Source of the DNA: Candidatus Methylomirabilota bacterium
GTDB lineage: Bacteria; Methylomirabilota; Methylomirabilia; Methylomirabilales; Methylomirabilaceae
Assembly: GCA_016207095.1 (NCBI GenBank)
Contig: JACQQF010000040.1
Span: 17,003-81,002 of the forward strand
Direction: 5' to 3'
Length of the DNA stretch: 64,000 bases
Made by a program: the position numbers and the translations under genes. Below are positions 1 to 10,468 of this stretch, piece after piece. Position 1 is the stretch's first letter. Each line of letters starts with the position of its first letter. The notes below the pieces were generated by a model. It made no database searches. It had not been told where the DNA came from and was given only the letters and a program-made list of their open reading frames with translations.

Positions 1-882
1 CTTACCCAACAGGCCGGATGGGCGAAAGATCAGCACCAGAACCAAGATGGCGAACGCGAACACATCCTTGTATTCGCTGGAGATATACCCTGCCCCGAGC
101 GCCTCAATCAGACCGAGGAGCAGCCCACCCAGCATCGCTCCCGGTATATTGCCGATCCCGCCGAGAACAGCCGCGGTAAACGCTTTGATGCCAGCGATGT
201 AGCCGATGAAGAAATTGATGAGCCCGTAGTACATTCCGACCATGATCCCGGCTACCCCAGCCAGGGCCGAGCCAATCAGGAATGTCGCGCTGATGACCCG
301 GTCCACATCAATGCCGACCAGGCTGGCCATCTGCATATCCTGAGCGGTTGCGCGCATCGCCTTACCGATCTTCGTTCGGTGGACAAGCAGTTGGAGCGCC
401 GCCATCATCAGCACCGAAGTCGCCATGATGAACATCTGGATGGCGCTGATCCGACTCCCGAAAAGATCGATCCCTTCGCCTGCGAACAGGTGCGGGAATC
501 CTTTATCTCTGGGTCCCTGGGCCAGCATGACGAAATTCTGGAGAAAGATCGACACCCCCAGCGCACTAATGAGCGGGGCCAAGCGCGACGCGCCGCGAAG
601 GGGCCTGTAGGCGAGCCGCTCTATGGTGATGCCGCAGGCGCCACAGAACAGCATTGCCATGACCATCATGATGAGAAGAGCGGCGCCCGATGTGGGGAAG
701 GTCAGATGAAGGGTGGTCAAAAGGCCGAAGGTGATGATCCCCATGTACGCGCCTAGCATGTAGATCTCGCCGTGGGCGAAGTTGATCAGCTCGATGATTC
801 CGTAGACCATGGTATAGCCTAGGGCAATCAGGGCATAGACGCTACCGAGCGTGAGGCCGTTAATCAGTTGTTGGACAAGCAT
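1..882 (-). CDS. livH: branched-chain amino acid ABC transporter permease (LivH family); 3' end cut by the window edge
   Basis: Absent from the ORF track because it runs off the left edge. My translation of the - strand from ATG 882..880 gives MLVQQLINGLTLGSVYALIALGYTMVYGIIELINFAHGE...KAFTAAVLGGIGNIPGAMLGG...FRPSGLLGK. That is 294 codons with no stop, and it matches the LivH pattern. Confidence 0.85.
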   Translation of the reverse strand, partial: MLVQQLINGLTLGSVYALIALGYTMVYGIIELINFAHGEIYMLGAYMGIITFGLLTTLHLTFPTSGAALLIMMVMAMLFCGACGITIERLAYRPLRGASRLAPLISALGVSIFLQNFVMLAQGPRDKGFPHLFAGEGIDLFGSRISAIQMFIMATSVLMMAALQLLVHRTKIGKAMRATAQDMQMASLVGIDVDRVISATFLIGSALAGVAGIMVGMYYGLINFFIGYIAGIKAFTAAVLGGIGNIPGAMLGGLLLGLIEALGAGYISSEYKDVFAFAILVLVLIFRPSGLLGK

Positions 883-892
883 ATTTCGCCAA

Positions 893-930
893 TGAAAAGG
901 GAGGGAAGAGATCGCTCCCTTCCCTCCTCC
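893..930 (-). terminator. strong hairpin plus short T-run between the binding-protein gene and the permease gene (intra-operon attenuator or terminator candidate)
   Basis: GGGAGGGAAGAG (899-910), loop ATCG, CTCCCTTCCCTCC (915-927+) gives about 12 bp with a 2-nt bulge. On the - strand it is followed by TTTTCATT. It lies between the livK-like stop (952) and the livH start (882). Confidence 0.4.
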
Positions 931-951
931 ATAACTCGAGTCACATCCGTC

Positions 952-2064
952 CTACTTCACCTGCACAAACTTCCCGTTCTTGACCTCCCAGACCACAAAG
1001 GGTGACACGAGGACATCACCCTTCTTGTCGAACTGGATCGGTCCCAGGGCGGTGTTCCACTTGGTCTTCCTGATATGCTCGGCGAGCTTGGGGCCATCGG
1101 TGGACTTGGTCGCGGCGATGGCGTCAAGCAGCATGTTGGTTGCCACGTAGCTATAAACCGTATAGGCCCCCACGTCTGAGCCGAACTTTTCCTTGTGTTT
1201 CTTGAGGACCCCCTGGGCCTCCTTGATCTTCGTCTGGTCCGGCGTAAAGGTGATGAACGCGCCCTCTGCGGCCTTACCAGCGATGTCGATAAATTCCTTC
1301 TGCCAGACGCCGTCCCCGCTGACGAACGCAGCCTTCATTCCCAGCTCGCGCATCTGCTTGGTCAGAAGGATCGCCTCAGGGTGTATCCCACCGTAGAAGA
1401 GGACCTCGGGATTCTTCTGCCTCACGGCCGTCAGGACCGGACGGTGGTCTTTTTCTCCCTGGGTGATGCCCCCGTAATAGACAGGTTTCACCTTGGCCTT
1501 TTTCAGGGCCTTCACGGTCTCGTCCGCCAGTCCCTGTCCATACGTCGTCTTGTCGTGCAGCACTGCAACCTTGCTTTTCTTCAGCTTCTTCACAATGAAG
1601 TCGGCGGCAACTACTCCCTGTTGGTCGTCCCTGCCGATTGTGCGGAATAGATTCCAGAAGCCGCGCTCGGTGAATTGCGGGTTGGTTGAAGCCGGTGTGA
1701 TCTGGACAACCTTGCCCTCGTGGTAGATCGTCGAGGCCGGGATCGAGCAACTGCTGTTGAAATGGCCGATCACTCCGACGATCCCCTCGTTCACGAATTT
1801 GTTGGCCACCGCGACGGCCTGCTTCGGATCGTGCTGGTCATCGCCCAAGACGATCTCGAGCTTTTTGCCGAGGACACCGCCCTTGGCGTTCCACTCTTCC
1901 ACCGCGATGATCGCGCCGTTTTTGAGCTCTTGCCCGAATGCTCCCTGGTCACCTGTCAGTGGGCCCGCCACCCCGAGCTTAATCGTGCTCGCCGCGTGGG
2001 CCAGGGTGAGCGCGAAAACGGCGATTGCGGCAATCGGAGTGAACCAGACTCTACCCCGTCGCAT
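952..2064 (-). CDS. ABC transporter periplasmic substrate-binding protein, Leu/Ile/Val-binding family
   Basis: 370-aa ORF with a signal peptide (MRRGRVWFTPIAAIAVFALTLAHAAS). It has the type-I periplasmic binding fold pattern (IKLGVAGPLTGDQGAFG...) and sits next to livH. Confidence 0.85.
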   Translation of the reverse strand: MRRGRVWFTPIAAIAVFALTLAHAASTIKLGVAGPLTGDQGAFGQELKNGAIIAVEEWNAKGGVLGKKLEIVLGDDQHDPKQAVAVANKFVNEGIVGVIGHFNSSCSIPASTIYHEGKVVQITPASTNPQFTERGFWNLFRTIGRDDQQGVVAADFIVKKLKKSKVAVLHDKTTYGQGLADETVKALKKAKVKPVYYGGITQGEKDHRPVLTAVRQKNPEVLFYGGIHPEAILLTKQMRELGMKAAFVSGDGVWQKEFIDIAGKAAEGAFITFTPDQTKIKEAQGVLKKHKEKFGSDVGAYTVYSYVATNMLLDAIAATKSTDGPKLAEHIRKTKWNTALGPIQFDKKGDVLVSPFVVWEVKNGKFVQVK

Positions 2065-2169
2065 CGTCTCCTCAGCCCTCTGTCGTCACGCACTATCCCT
2101 GGAGCTGCTCAAGCGCCTGCCCGGACCCGAATCCGTCTGCGCCTGCATAAAGAAGCAACGTAGGCTTCA

Positions 2170-2859
2170 CTATAAGGATACCGGAAAAGATCCGTCAACG
2201 ACTTTCTCGTCGGATCGTGACCCCTTTTCCGCCTCCAGGATCGCTGCCAGGAACCCCCTGGTCGCCAGGGCGACGTCTTCATCGCCGACGATGGCGGAGA
2301 TCACAGCGACTCCGGCAGCCCCGGCGCGGATCACAGAGCTGATGGTGTCCAGTGTGATGCCGCCGATCGCGATGAGGGGGAGTTCGAGCCGGGCGCGCAA
2401 TTGCCGGATCATCGCGCAGCCGACAGGTTCATACCCGATCGCCTTCGTGGAGGTGGAAAAGATCGGTCCGATGCCCAGATAATCGGCCCCTTCCTCGGCA
2501 GCCCTGATGGCTTGCTCCAGTGAATGCGTCGACACCCCCAGGATCTTCCCGGGACCGAGCGCCGCCCGCGCCGCCATGGGTGGGAGATCATCCTGTCCAA
2601 GGTGAACACCATCGGCATTGACGGCCAGTGCCAAGTCCAAGCGGTCATTCACGATAAAGTGTGCCCCGCGCTCTCGGCAGAGTCTCGCAATTTGTTGCCC
2701 CTGGGGCAAGAGCTCGCGCAATCCAGCCGATTTGTCTCGAAGCTGGATCATCGACGCCCCACCCTCAAGCGCCTGTCTGGTTATGCCAACGTGGCTCAGG
2801 CCCCGTCCCAGCTCAGGATCGGTGATGACACACAGGCGGCACGCCTGTCTCGGAATCAT
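2170..2859 (-). CDS. thiE: thiamine-phosphate synthase
   Basis: 229-aa ORF with a ThiE-like TIM-barrel pattern (LCVITDP..., MIQLRDK, FIVNDRLDLALAVNADGVHLGQDD, ADYLGIGPIF.T.TK, PLIAIGGI). Confidence 0.85.
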   Translation of the reverse strand: MIPRQACRLCVITDPELGRGLSHVGITRQALEGGASMIQLRDKSAGLRELLPQGQQIARLCRERGAHFIVNDRLDLALAVNADGVHLGQDDLPPMAARAALGPGKILGVSTHSLEQAIRAAEEGADYLGIGPIFSTSTKAIGYEPVGCAMIRQLRARLELPLIAIGGITLDTISSVIRAGAAGVAVISAIVGDEDVALATRGFLAAILEAEKGSRSDEKVVDGSFPVSL

Positions 2860-2868
2860 GATCTGGCC

Positions 2869-4206
2869 TCATACCAGCACCGACTCCAAGAACCTGGTGG
2901 AGATCCGCCCGGCCTTGAACTCCGGGGAGGCAAGGATGCGCTTGTGGAGAGGAATGGTTGTCTTCACTCCCTCGATGTCCAGTTCATCGAGTGCCCGAAC
3001 CATCCTGGCGATGGCCTCCTCCCTGGTGTTGGCTAGGACGATCACCTTGGCCATCAAGGAGTCATAGAAGGGAGGGATCGTACAACCCGCATACAGATGG
3101 GTGTCAACCCGCACGCCGGGCCCTCCAGGCAGCCGGAGACGGAGGATCTTGCCAGGAGAGGGAACAAAGGTTTCGGGGTCTTCTGCATTAATGCGGCACT
3201 CGATGCTATGGCCTCGAAGGACGATATCCTCCTGGCTCAGCAATAGCGGTTCGCCGGCCGCGATACGGATCTGGGCCTTGACCAGGTCGATCCCGGTGAC
3301 CATCTCCGTCACCGGATGTTCTACCTGGATCCTGGTATTCATCTCCATGAAATAGAAGTTCCCTTCTCCGTCCAGCAAGAACTCGACAGTGCCGGCCCCC
3401 CGGTACTTGACCGAGCGGGCCAACCGGACCGCCGCCTCGCCCATTCGAGCCCTCAGATCCGGCGTCATGGCCGGCGAAGGCGACTCTTCCACCAGCTTCT
3501 GGTGGCGTCGTTGAATGGAGCAATCACGCTCGCCGAGGTGAACCACGGAGCCGGTCCGGTCCCCTAGCACTTGAATCTCCACGTGGCGAGCCGGCGAGAT
3601 GTAGCGCTCCACATAGAGGGCTGGATTCCCGAACGCGGCCATTGCCTCTGCTGAGGCGGCGGCGAAAGCTCGCCCGATCTCGGTCGCGGACGGAACCAGT
3701 CGCATCCCCTTCCCGCCGCCACCCGCGCTGGCCTTCAGCATGAGAGGGTAGCCGATTTGGCATCCCACTTCGGCAGCCTCTTCCGTGCTGCCAACCGCCG
3801 TCTGGCTCCCGGGAACCACCGGGACTCCCGCCCCCATGGCGGTTTCCCTCGCCTTGACTTTGTCCCCCATGAGTCTGATCTGCTCGGCGGTGGGGCCGAT
3901 GAACACAATACCGCACTGCTCACACACCTCTGCGAACGAGCTGTTCTCCGCCAGAAATCCGTAGCCGGGGTGGATGGCGCCGGCGCCTGTGATCTCGGCG
4001 CTACTAATGAGGCGGGAGGCGTTCAGGTAGCTCTGAGCAGCGTGAGAGGGGCCGATGCAGATCGATTCATCCGCCAGCTCCACGTGGAGCGACTTGGCAT
4101 CGGCTTCGGAGTAGACGGCCACCGTTCCCACTCCGAGCTCCCGACAGGCGCGGATGATCCGAAGCGCGATCTCCCCCCTGTTGGCGATCAGGATCTTGGA
4201 GAACAT
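2869..4206 (-). CDS. accC: acetyl-CoA carboxylase, biotin carboxylase subunit
   Basis: 445 aa, [25 protein letters not shown]..., with an ATP-grasp region ([18 protein letters not shown]) and [14 protein letters not shown]. Confidence 0.95.
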   Translation of the reverse strand: MFSKILIANRGEIALRIIRACRELGVGTVAVYSEADAKSLHVELADESICIGPSHAAQSYLNASRLISSAEITGAGAIHPGYGFLAENSSFAEVCEQCGIVFIGPTAEQIRLMGDKVKARETAMGAGVPVVPGSQTAVGSTEEAAEVGCQIGYPLMLKASAGGGGKGMRLVPSATEIGRAFAAASAEAMAAFGNPALYVERYISPARHVEIQVLGDRTGSVVHLGERDCSIQRRHQKLVEESPSPAMTPDLRARMGEAAVRLARSVKYRGAGTVEFLLDGEGNFYFMEMNTRIQVEHPVTEMVTGIDLVKAQIRIAAGEPLLLSQEDIVLRGHSIECRINAEDPETFVPSPGKILRLRLPGGPGVRVDTHLYAGCTIPPFYDSLMAKVIVLANTREEAIARMVRALDELDIEGVKTTIPLHKRILASPEFKAGRISTRFLESVLV

Positions 4207-4275
4207 CGCAGAACAGGGGCCGGGAGGCGAGCGGGGAGGATCACGTTCACTTGGTCACGAGCGGCGAGACAGGCG

Positions 4276-4735
<460 letters not shown>

Positions 4736-4752
<17 letters not shown>

Positions 4753-5293
4753 ATGCGCTGGAGCGCGTGTCTACACGGATCAGGTCGCCGATGTTAATGA
4801 ACAGCGGAACCTGTATGACTGCCCCGGTCTCCAGTTTGGCCGGCTTCGACCCGCCGGAGGCGGTGTCACCCCGGAGGCCCGGCTCGGTTTCGCCCACCTT
4901 GACCTCCACGAAGGTCGGGAGGAGAACTCCCGCCGGTTCGGCATGATGAAACAGGATGGATATGATCAGCCCTTCTTTGAGAAAGCCGCTGGCGTCTCCC
5001 AACTGTTTCTCGTCCATCGAGAACTGGTCGAAGCTCTCCATATCCATGAAGTAGTAGGCGTCCTCGGCACGATAGAGGAACTGAACCTTTCGCTCCTCCA
5101 CCTCTGCCCTCGGGATCTTCTCATCGGTCCTGAACGTCCGGTGGATGACGGCGCCGGTCTTCATATTTTTCAGTTTGGTCCGCATGAAGGCGCCACCCTT
5201 GCCGGGTTTGACCCACTGATGATCAGTCACCACGTACGGGGTCCCATCCAGTTCGACCTTGACCCCAGGGCGAAGATCTCCTCCAGCGATCAT
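4736..5293 (-). CDS. efp: translation elongation factor P
   Basis: 185 aa, [22 protein letters not shown]...[15 protein letters not shown], a canonical EF-P N-terminus. Confidence 0.95.
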
Positions 5294-5332
5294 TCCCTCT
5301 CCTTGCGACTCAATCGAAGGTGACTCAACACC

Positions 5333-5812
5333 CTACGACCTTCCCTTTTCAAGAAGATGGAGGGCCGCCTGTACTCCAAGCAGATAGCTGAACGCGCCGA
5401 ACCCTGTGATCTGGCCGATGGCGACATCGGCAATCAGCGACTGATGGCGAAATTCCTCCCGCCGGTAGATATTCGACAGGTGCACCTCCACCGTTGGGAT
5501 GTTAGCGGCGAGGATCGCGTCCCGCAAACCCACGCTCGTATGGGTCAAGGCGGCCGGGTTGACCACGATCGCGTCGGCCCACCCTATCGCGTTCTGGATC
5601 GCGTCGATGAGCACGCCTTCGTGATTCGATTGAACAAAACGAAGCTCAGCTCCCCTAGAGGCGGCGTAGGACCTGAGTTGATCCTCAATCTCCTTCAGGG
5701 TGTGACGACCGTACTGATTCGGTTCCCGCGGCCCCAGGAGGTTCAGATTGGGACCATTGAGAATGAGAAGCCGTTTCGCTTCGGCAACCTTCGTGGATCG
5801 CCGCGAAGGCAT
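5333..5812 (-). CDS. aroQ: 3-dehydroquinate dehydratase, type II
   Basis: 159 aa with LILNGPNLNLLGPREPNQYG and SNHEG...NPAALTHTSVGLRDA motifs. Confidence 0.9.
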   Translation of the reverse strand: MPSRRSTKVAEAKRLLILNGPNLNLLGPREPNQYGRHTLKEIEDQLRSYAASRGAELRFVQSNHEGVLIDAIQNAIGWADAIVVNPAALTHTSVGLRDAILAANIPTVEVHLSNIYRREEFRHQSLIADVAIGQITGFGAFSYLLGVQAALHLLEKGRS

Positions 5813-5878
5813 CTACCGACTCACGAGAGGTGGGGCGAAACTGGGGGGAAGCCTCAGCCATCGGGTCATGTCACTGCC

Positions 5879-6754
5879 TCACGCCGCCAGCACAAGGTAG
5901 CGGCGAACGCCCTGCAGCCAACACTCCAACTCCTCGATCAGCATCTGCTCGCGTCTCATCCGCGAAGGCCTCGCAGGTCCAGCCGGGGTCGCCTCCTTGG
6001 CGCCGAACACCCCGGCGGACTCGGATCGTGATGCTTCGGCGAGGCGGGGGTCGATCGGAGCGAAAATGGTGGGCTCCACCGGGGTACCCGTGATGTCCTG
6101 TCGCCTCTCGCCAAGGGCGCTCAACTTCCCACGAATCCTCTCGTTGAAGGGTTGCTCATCGATTAGTTGCCGATAGATGGAGGCGGCTTGACCCGTGAGG
6201 CCTTGCGAGGCATACAGGTCCGCCAACGTCTCGGTGGCGAAGAGGTTCTCATCTCTTTCTACAGAGCCGAACTCTGCATGAGGCTCCGGTAGCCCAGGAA
6301 CGCCGCTGGCCTGAGAATACACTGAGGGGGCGGACGGGGGGACCGACGCTCGTAGCCTCAACAGGCTTGCCCGAATCTCTCGGTTCAGCGGGGAGAACTC
6401 CAGCACCTTCTCGTAGTGTCCCATCGCCTCTTCGACCCGGTCCTGGGCTTCGCAAATCTGCCCGAGGTGCATCCGCGCCCGCAGGTTCTCCGGGGATAGC
6501 TCAACAACTCGACGAAACTCCTCCTCGGCTTGAACGGGATCGCCGCTCTCAAGGTACGCGCGCCCGAGCACCACGCGGACGCTGGCATATGTGGGGCTCA
6601 CCGTGAGCTCCTGAAGACAGAGCATGATGGCGTCGTCGAATCGCCCCTGCTTTCGATAGCGATCAGCCGCCCGCGCGACACTGTGCGACGAGCTCTTGAC
6701 GAATTGTGTGCCTGTCTCACGTTGTGGCATGATACCGGCCCCGCACTGCCCCAC
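5879..6754 (-). CDS. tetratricopeptide-repeat protein of unknown role
   Basis: 291-aa ORF. The N-terminal half has 3-4 TPR-like units (GRFDDAIMLCLQEL..., LGRAYLESGDPVQAEEEFRRVVELSPEN, LGQICEAQDRVEEAMGHYEKVLEFSP). The start is uncertain (M1 or M9). Confidence 0.6.
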   Translation of the reverse strand: MGQCGAGIMPQRETGTQFVKSSSHSVARAADRYRKQGRFDDAIMLCLQELTVSPTYASVRVVLGRAYLESGDPVQAEEEFRRVVELSPENLRARMHLGQICEAQDRVEEAMGHYEKVLEFSPLNREIRASLLRLRASVPPSAPSVYSQASGVPGLPEPHAEFGSVERDENLFATETLADLYASQGLTGQAASIYRQLIDEQPFNERIRGKLSALGERRQDITGTPVEPTIFAPIDPRLAEASRSESAGVFGAKEATPAGPARPSRMRREQMLIEELECWLQGVRRYLVLAA

Positions 6755-7854
6755 TACGATGATCTGCTGGCAAAAACCAGTGCCCTCCGCAGTTCACGCC
6801 GATCTGAAATAGGCGCCACCGTAACATGGCCAACACCCTTTGTCAAGACGAAATATGTCATGTTATTCTTTATCTTTTTATCATAACCTATTGACTGTAC
6901 TATATTTGTGAATCCAATATTGGAGCTGGTCGGCAACCCGATCCTTCGGAGAAGGGACCGCAGCCGATGAAGATCCTCTTTCCCGCACAGGCCCCGCATC
7001 ACCGAAAGCGCGGTGGCAACGACCATGCCGATGGCCACCGCCTCGCCGTGCAGGAGCCGCCGGTAACCGGTGGCAGTTTCAATGGCGTGGCCCACCGTAT
7101 GCCCAAAGTTCAGGATCGCGCGCAGCCCGTCCTCCCGCTCATCCTGTTCGACGACCTTCGCCTTGATCGCACAGGACCACGTGACGAGGAGGGTCAGTGG
7201 TTCCTCCTCGGCACGAAGAACCTGGTCGAGGTGCGATTCAATATATCCGAACAACTCTGGATCGGCGATCATGCCGTACTTGACCACTTCACTCAGGCCA
7301 GCCCGCAATTGCCGTGGGGGCAGCGACTCGAGGGTCTGGGTATCGGCAACAACGAGGGACGGCTGGTAAAAGGCGCCGACTAGGTTCTTCCCTTCGCGTA
7401 GATTGAGTCCCGTCTTTCCACCAACGCTGCTGTCCACCTGAGCCAATAAGGTGGTCGGGACCTGAATCAGAGGGATCCCACGAAGGTAGGTGGCTGCCGC
7501 GTAGCCGGCCAGGTCTCCGATCACCCCACCGCCCAGCGCGATCACGGCAGACCGGCGATCCATCCGGTGGCGCACAAAGGCCTGGTAGAGACGTGCCGCC
7601 TGCGAGAGCGACTTTGCTCGCTCTCCATTTGGAACCTGCACAAGCGCCACATCGAAGCCGGCTCGAACTAAGGACGCTTTGACAACGGCACCATAGAGGC
7701 GGTGCACCACGGGATTGGTAACGACCACCGCTCTATGCGTCAGGGGAAGCCCTGCGCAGAGCTCTCCGAGTCTTTTCAAGAGCCCGCTGCCAATGACGAT
7801 CTGGTAGCTCCTGTCTCCGAGCGAGACGGGGACAGTGTCTAAAGATCTCTTCAC
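6754..7854 (-). CDS. aroB: 3-dehydroquinate synthase
   Basis: AroB pattern (GGGVIGDLAGYAAATYLRGIPLIQVPTTLLAQVDSSVGGKTG, NFGHTVGHAIE). I moved the start from the track's TTG 7887 to the in-frame GTG 7854..7852, which overlaps the aroK TGA as GTGA. Confidence 0.9.
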   Translation of the reverse strand: MKRSLDTVPVSLGDRSYQIVIGSGLLKRLGELCAGLPLTHRAVVVTNPVVHRLYGAVVKASLVRAGFDVALVQVPNGERAKSLSQAARLYQAFVRHRMDRRSAVIALGGGVIGDLAGYAAATYLRGIPLIQVPTTLLAQVDSSVGGKTGLNLREGKNLVGAFYQPSLVVADTQTLESLPPRQLRAGLSEVVKYGMIADPELFGYIESHLDQVLRAEEEPLTLLVTWSCAIKAKVVEQDEREDGLRAILNFGHTVGHAIETATGYRRLLHGEAVAIGMVVATALSVMRGLCGKEDLHRLRSLLRRIGLPTSSNIGFTNIVQSIGYDKKIKNNMTYFVLTKGVGHVTVAPISDRRELRRALVFASRSS

Positions 7855-8378
7855 CCTGTTTCTCGCGTCCCGACCGGTTTCAAACAAAGACGCAGTACGA
7901 TCTGATCGACGACCTCCTCAACATTACACGTGCTCGTATCAATAGAGAGATCAGCCCTTGCATATGCGGCGGCGCGCATCTCGAGCAATTCACGGATCCT
8001 GGCCAAGCGTCCCTGACCCTCCAAGAGGGGACGACGATCATCGGTCCCGATCCGCTGCAGGATGACCCCGGGCTCAGCTCGGAGACAAACAATGACACCC
8101 CCCAACTTAAGATTGTGGACATTCTCGGCGTCGAGCACGGCGCCGCCGCCTGTGGCGATCACGCAGTCCCGGCGATTCGCAAGGGCTGCGATCAGCTCCC
8201 GCTCCCTCCGCCTGAACCCCGCCTCTCCCTCTGACGCAAAGACTTCTGTGACCTTCAGTCCCGCCTCCTCTTCTATCAGTCGGTCAAGGTCAACAAAGGA
8301 CAGCCCGAGCTGCTCCGCGAGACGGGCTCCGACAACGGTCTTCCCTGTTCCCATAAATCCGGTCAGGACGATCTTCAT
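7851..8378 (-). CDS. aroK: shikimate kinase
   Basis: 175 aa, MKIVLTGFMGTGKTVVG (P-loop) and ATGGG. Confidence 0.9.
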   Translation of the reverse strand: MKIVLTGFMGTGKTVVGARLAEQLGLSFVDLDRLIEEEAGLKVTEVFASEGEAGFRRRERELIAALANRRDCVIATGGGAVLDAENVHNLKLGGVIVCLRAEPGVILQRIGTDDRRPLLEGQGRLARIRELLEMRAAAYARADLSIDTSTCNVEEVVDQIVLRLCLKPVGTRETG

Positions 8379-8379
8379 G

Positions 8380-9543
8380 TCAACGATCGTGAAGCGATGC
8401 GAGGTACCCTCGATAGTTGCGTATCATCTCTTCCAGGCTGTCTCCTCCGAACTTTTCCCGAAGCGCTCGAGCGATCTCAAAGGCTACCACCGCCTCCCCA
8501 ATGACCCCGGCTGCCGGAACAGAACAGATGTCCGATCGCTCGATACTCGCCTTGAACGGCTCCTTTGTGAGCAGGTCCACCGATGCCATGGGGGCGTATT
8601 GCGTGGAGATCGGCTTCATCGCCCCGCGGACGACAATCGGTTGCCCGTTTGACATCCCGCCCTCCAACCCACCGGCGCGATTCGTCTTCCTCACGAATCG
8701 GCCGTCTTCATAGAAGATTTCATCGTGTGTCTCAAACCCGAACCGCTTGGCACCCTCGAACCCCAAGCCGATCTCGACCCCTTTGATCGCCTGGATGCTC
8801 ATCACCGCCTGTGCCAGTCGGCCGTCCAGTTTACGGTCCCAGTGGACATAGCTGCCAAGCCCCACCGGGAGATTCAGCGCCACTACCTCGAACACGCCTC
8901 CCAGGGAGGTGCCACGCTTTCTCGCCTCGTCGATCTTCCGCATCATCGCCTCGCCCGCCTCCGCATCCGCGCAGCGCACTTCAGAATCCTCTGCGCGATC
9001 GCGGCTCTGTGCGAATGACAGTCCATCGACCTTGGCCACGATGCCGCCGATCTCCGTGACGTGGCTGAACACCTCGATATCGAACTCTCGGAGCAACCGT
9101 TTGCACACCGCTCCAACGGCGACGCGCGCCGCCGTTTCTCTGGCACTGGCCCGCTCCAACACGTTGCGAATGTCGCGCTGCTCGTATTTCAGGGCGCCGG
9201 CCAAGTCGGCGTGCCCAGGTCTCGGGCGAGTGACGGGTTCTTTCGGGTCCGCCTCGATCCCCACGGCCTTCGAATCCATCGTTCGTTTCCAGTTTTCCCA
9301 GTCGCGGTTCGTAATCAGGATGGCGATGGGGCCTCCCATGGTCAAGCCGTGGCGGACACCGCCGACGATATTCGCCTCATCCTTTTCGATCCGCATTCTC
9401 CCGCCCCGCCCGTATCCCCGTTGCCTCCTGCCGAGGTCCAGATTGATCTCCTCGGCCACAAGCGAAAGATTGGCCGGGATTCCCTCCAGGATGGCCGTCA
9501 ACATCGGGCCGTGGGACTCTCCCGCGGTCAGGTAACGCAACAT
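8380..9543 (-). CDS. aroC: chorismate synthase
   Basis: 387 aa, [13 protein letters not shown]...[12 protein letters not shown]...RPGHAD..., the canonical family signatures. Confidence 0.95.
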   Translation of the reverse strand: MLRYLTAGESHGPMLTAILEGIPANLSLVAEEINLDLGRRQRGYGRGGRMRIEKDEANIVGGVRHGLTMGGPIAILITNRDWENWKRTMDSKAVGIEADPKEPVTRPRPGHADLAGALKYEQRDIRNVLERASARETAARVAVGAVCKRLLREFDIEVFSHVTEIGGIVAKVDGLSFAQSRDRAEDSEVRCADAEAGEAMMRKIDEARKRGTSLGGVFEVVALNLPVGLGSYVHWDRKLDGRLAQAVMSIQAIKGVEIGLGFEGAKRFGFETHDEIFYEDGRFVRKTNRAGGLEGGMSNGQPIVVRGAMKPISTQYAPMASVDLLTKEPFKASIERSDICSVPAAGVIGEAVVAFEIARALREKFGGDSLEEMIRNYRGYLASLHDR

Positions 9544-10298
9544 GTGGATACAACTCCGCGATGAAGGTTACTGCGTTTCTGGGGTGGCACGATACGTGAC
9601 TGTTGAAGCAGGTACGCGACGCAGTTCTGGGCGAAGCGACCTCGGTCTTTCCATTCCCCGGTGAGGGTCAGATCGAGCGCCACCGCCAAGATGGTCCCGG
9701 CGTTCGCACTTCGCTCGGCGATCAGCGGGTGAGGAAGTCGCCGGGCTCTACTGTACCGCGCGATTTCAACGCCCCCTATGTTCAGCTCGACCTCGTTGAA
9801 AAACGCCATCGCCGGGATCTCGATCCCCTTGAGAATCGGATGTCCAGGTTGTAGGATAAGGGTCGGACCGAACGGGTGCGGCAGCCAGTCATCTCGCGAT
9901 GGCCGCAGCGGCAGAAGGTCTGCCAGTTCCGTGCCGCCATATCCCCCGCTGCCGTACGATTGCTTCCCGCCGGTGATGAGCATGGCGCCCCCCTGCTCCA
10001 GATAGTCCCGAAGCCCATCACGCACTCCCTCCGGCAGGCTCGCGTAGCTGACATTTGACAGGACGAGCAGTGAAAAGTCAGTGACTGGAGCATCTCCCGC
10101 TTCCCGCTTGACCACCGCGCCCGTCCGCGACTCCAGCTCGGACCAGGTGATGTAGGAATCATCTCCCAGCGATAGAATCATTACGCCACTCTGCGCCCAT
10201 ACCTGCCCTGGGCGGCCCCATAGGGAGCCCAAAACGATCGCGATGAGCACTCTCAGGACGCGGGTGGCCGACGAAGCCGATCTCGACGCTCTCTCCAC
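9528..10298 (-). CDS. secreted hypothetical protein (possible class-I glutamine-amidotransferase-like / DUF1355-like fold)
   Basis: 256-aa ORF with a GTG start and a signal peptide ([21 protein letters not shown]). The segment [38 protein letters not shown]...LADLLPL resembles that fold. The function call is weak. Confidence 0.5.
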   Translation of the reverse strand: MERASRSASSATRVLRVLIAIVLGSLWGRPGQVWAQSGVMILSLGDDSYITWSELESRTGAVVKREAGDAPVTDFSLLVLSNVSYASLPEGVRDGLRDYLEQGGAMLITGGKQSYGSGGYGGTELADLLPLRPSRDDWLPHPFGPTLILQPGHPILKGIEIPAMAFFNEVELNIGGVEIARYSRARRLPHPLIAERSANAGTILAVALDLTLTGEWKDRGRFAQNCVAYLLQQSRIVPPQKRSNLHRGVVSTCCVT

Positions 10299-10340
10299 GA
10301 ATTCCCCCTTTTGCCGAGGATTCTACCCCAACTCCAATAG

Positions 10341-10370
10341 GGAAAAAAGAAAAAACGCACCCCGGGTGCG
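10341..10370 (-). terminator. intrinsic terminator candidate downstream of the 271-aa ORF
   Basis: CGCACC/GGTGCG stem (10356-10370). On the - strand it is followed by TTTTTTCTTTTTTCC (complement of 10341-10355). Confidence 0.5.
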
Positions 10371-10468
10371 CTGACGAATTAGGAGAGGAAGCAATCAGTG
10401 TATCGAATTCGCGTATGTGTTGTGAGACCTACTTGGGGCGGGCGGGCGGCGATTGCCCCACAGTTTGG

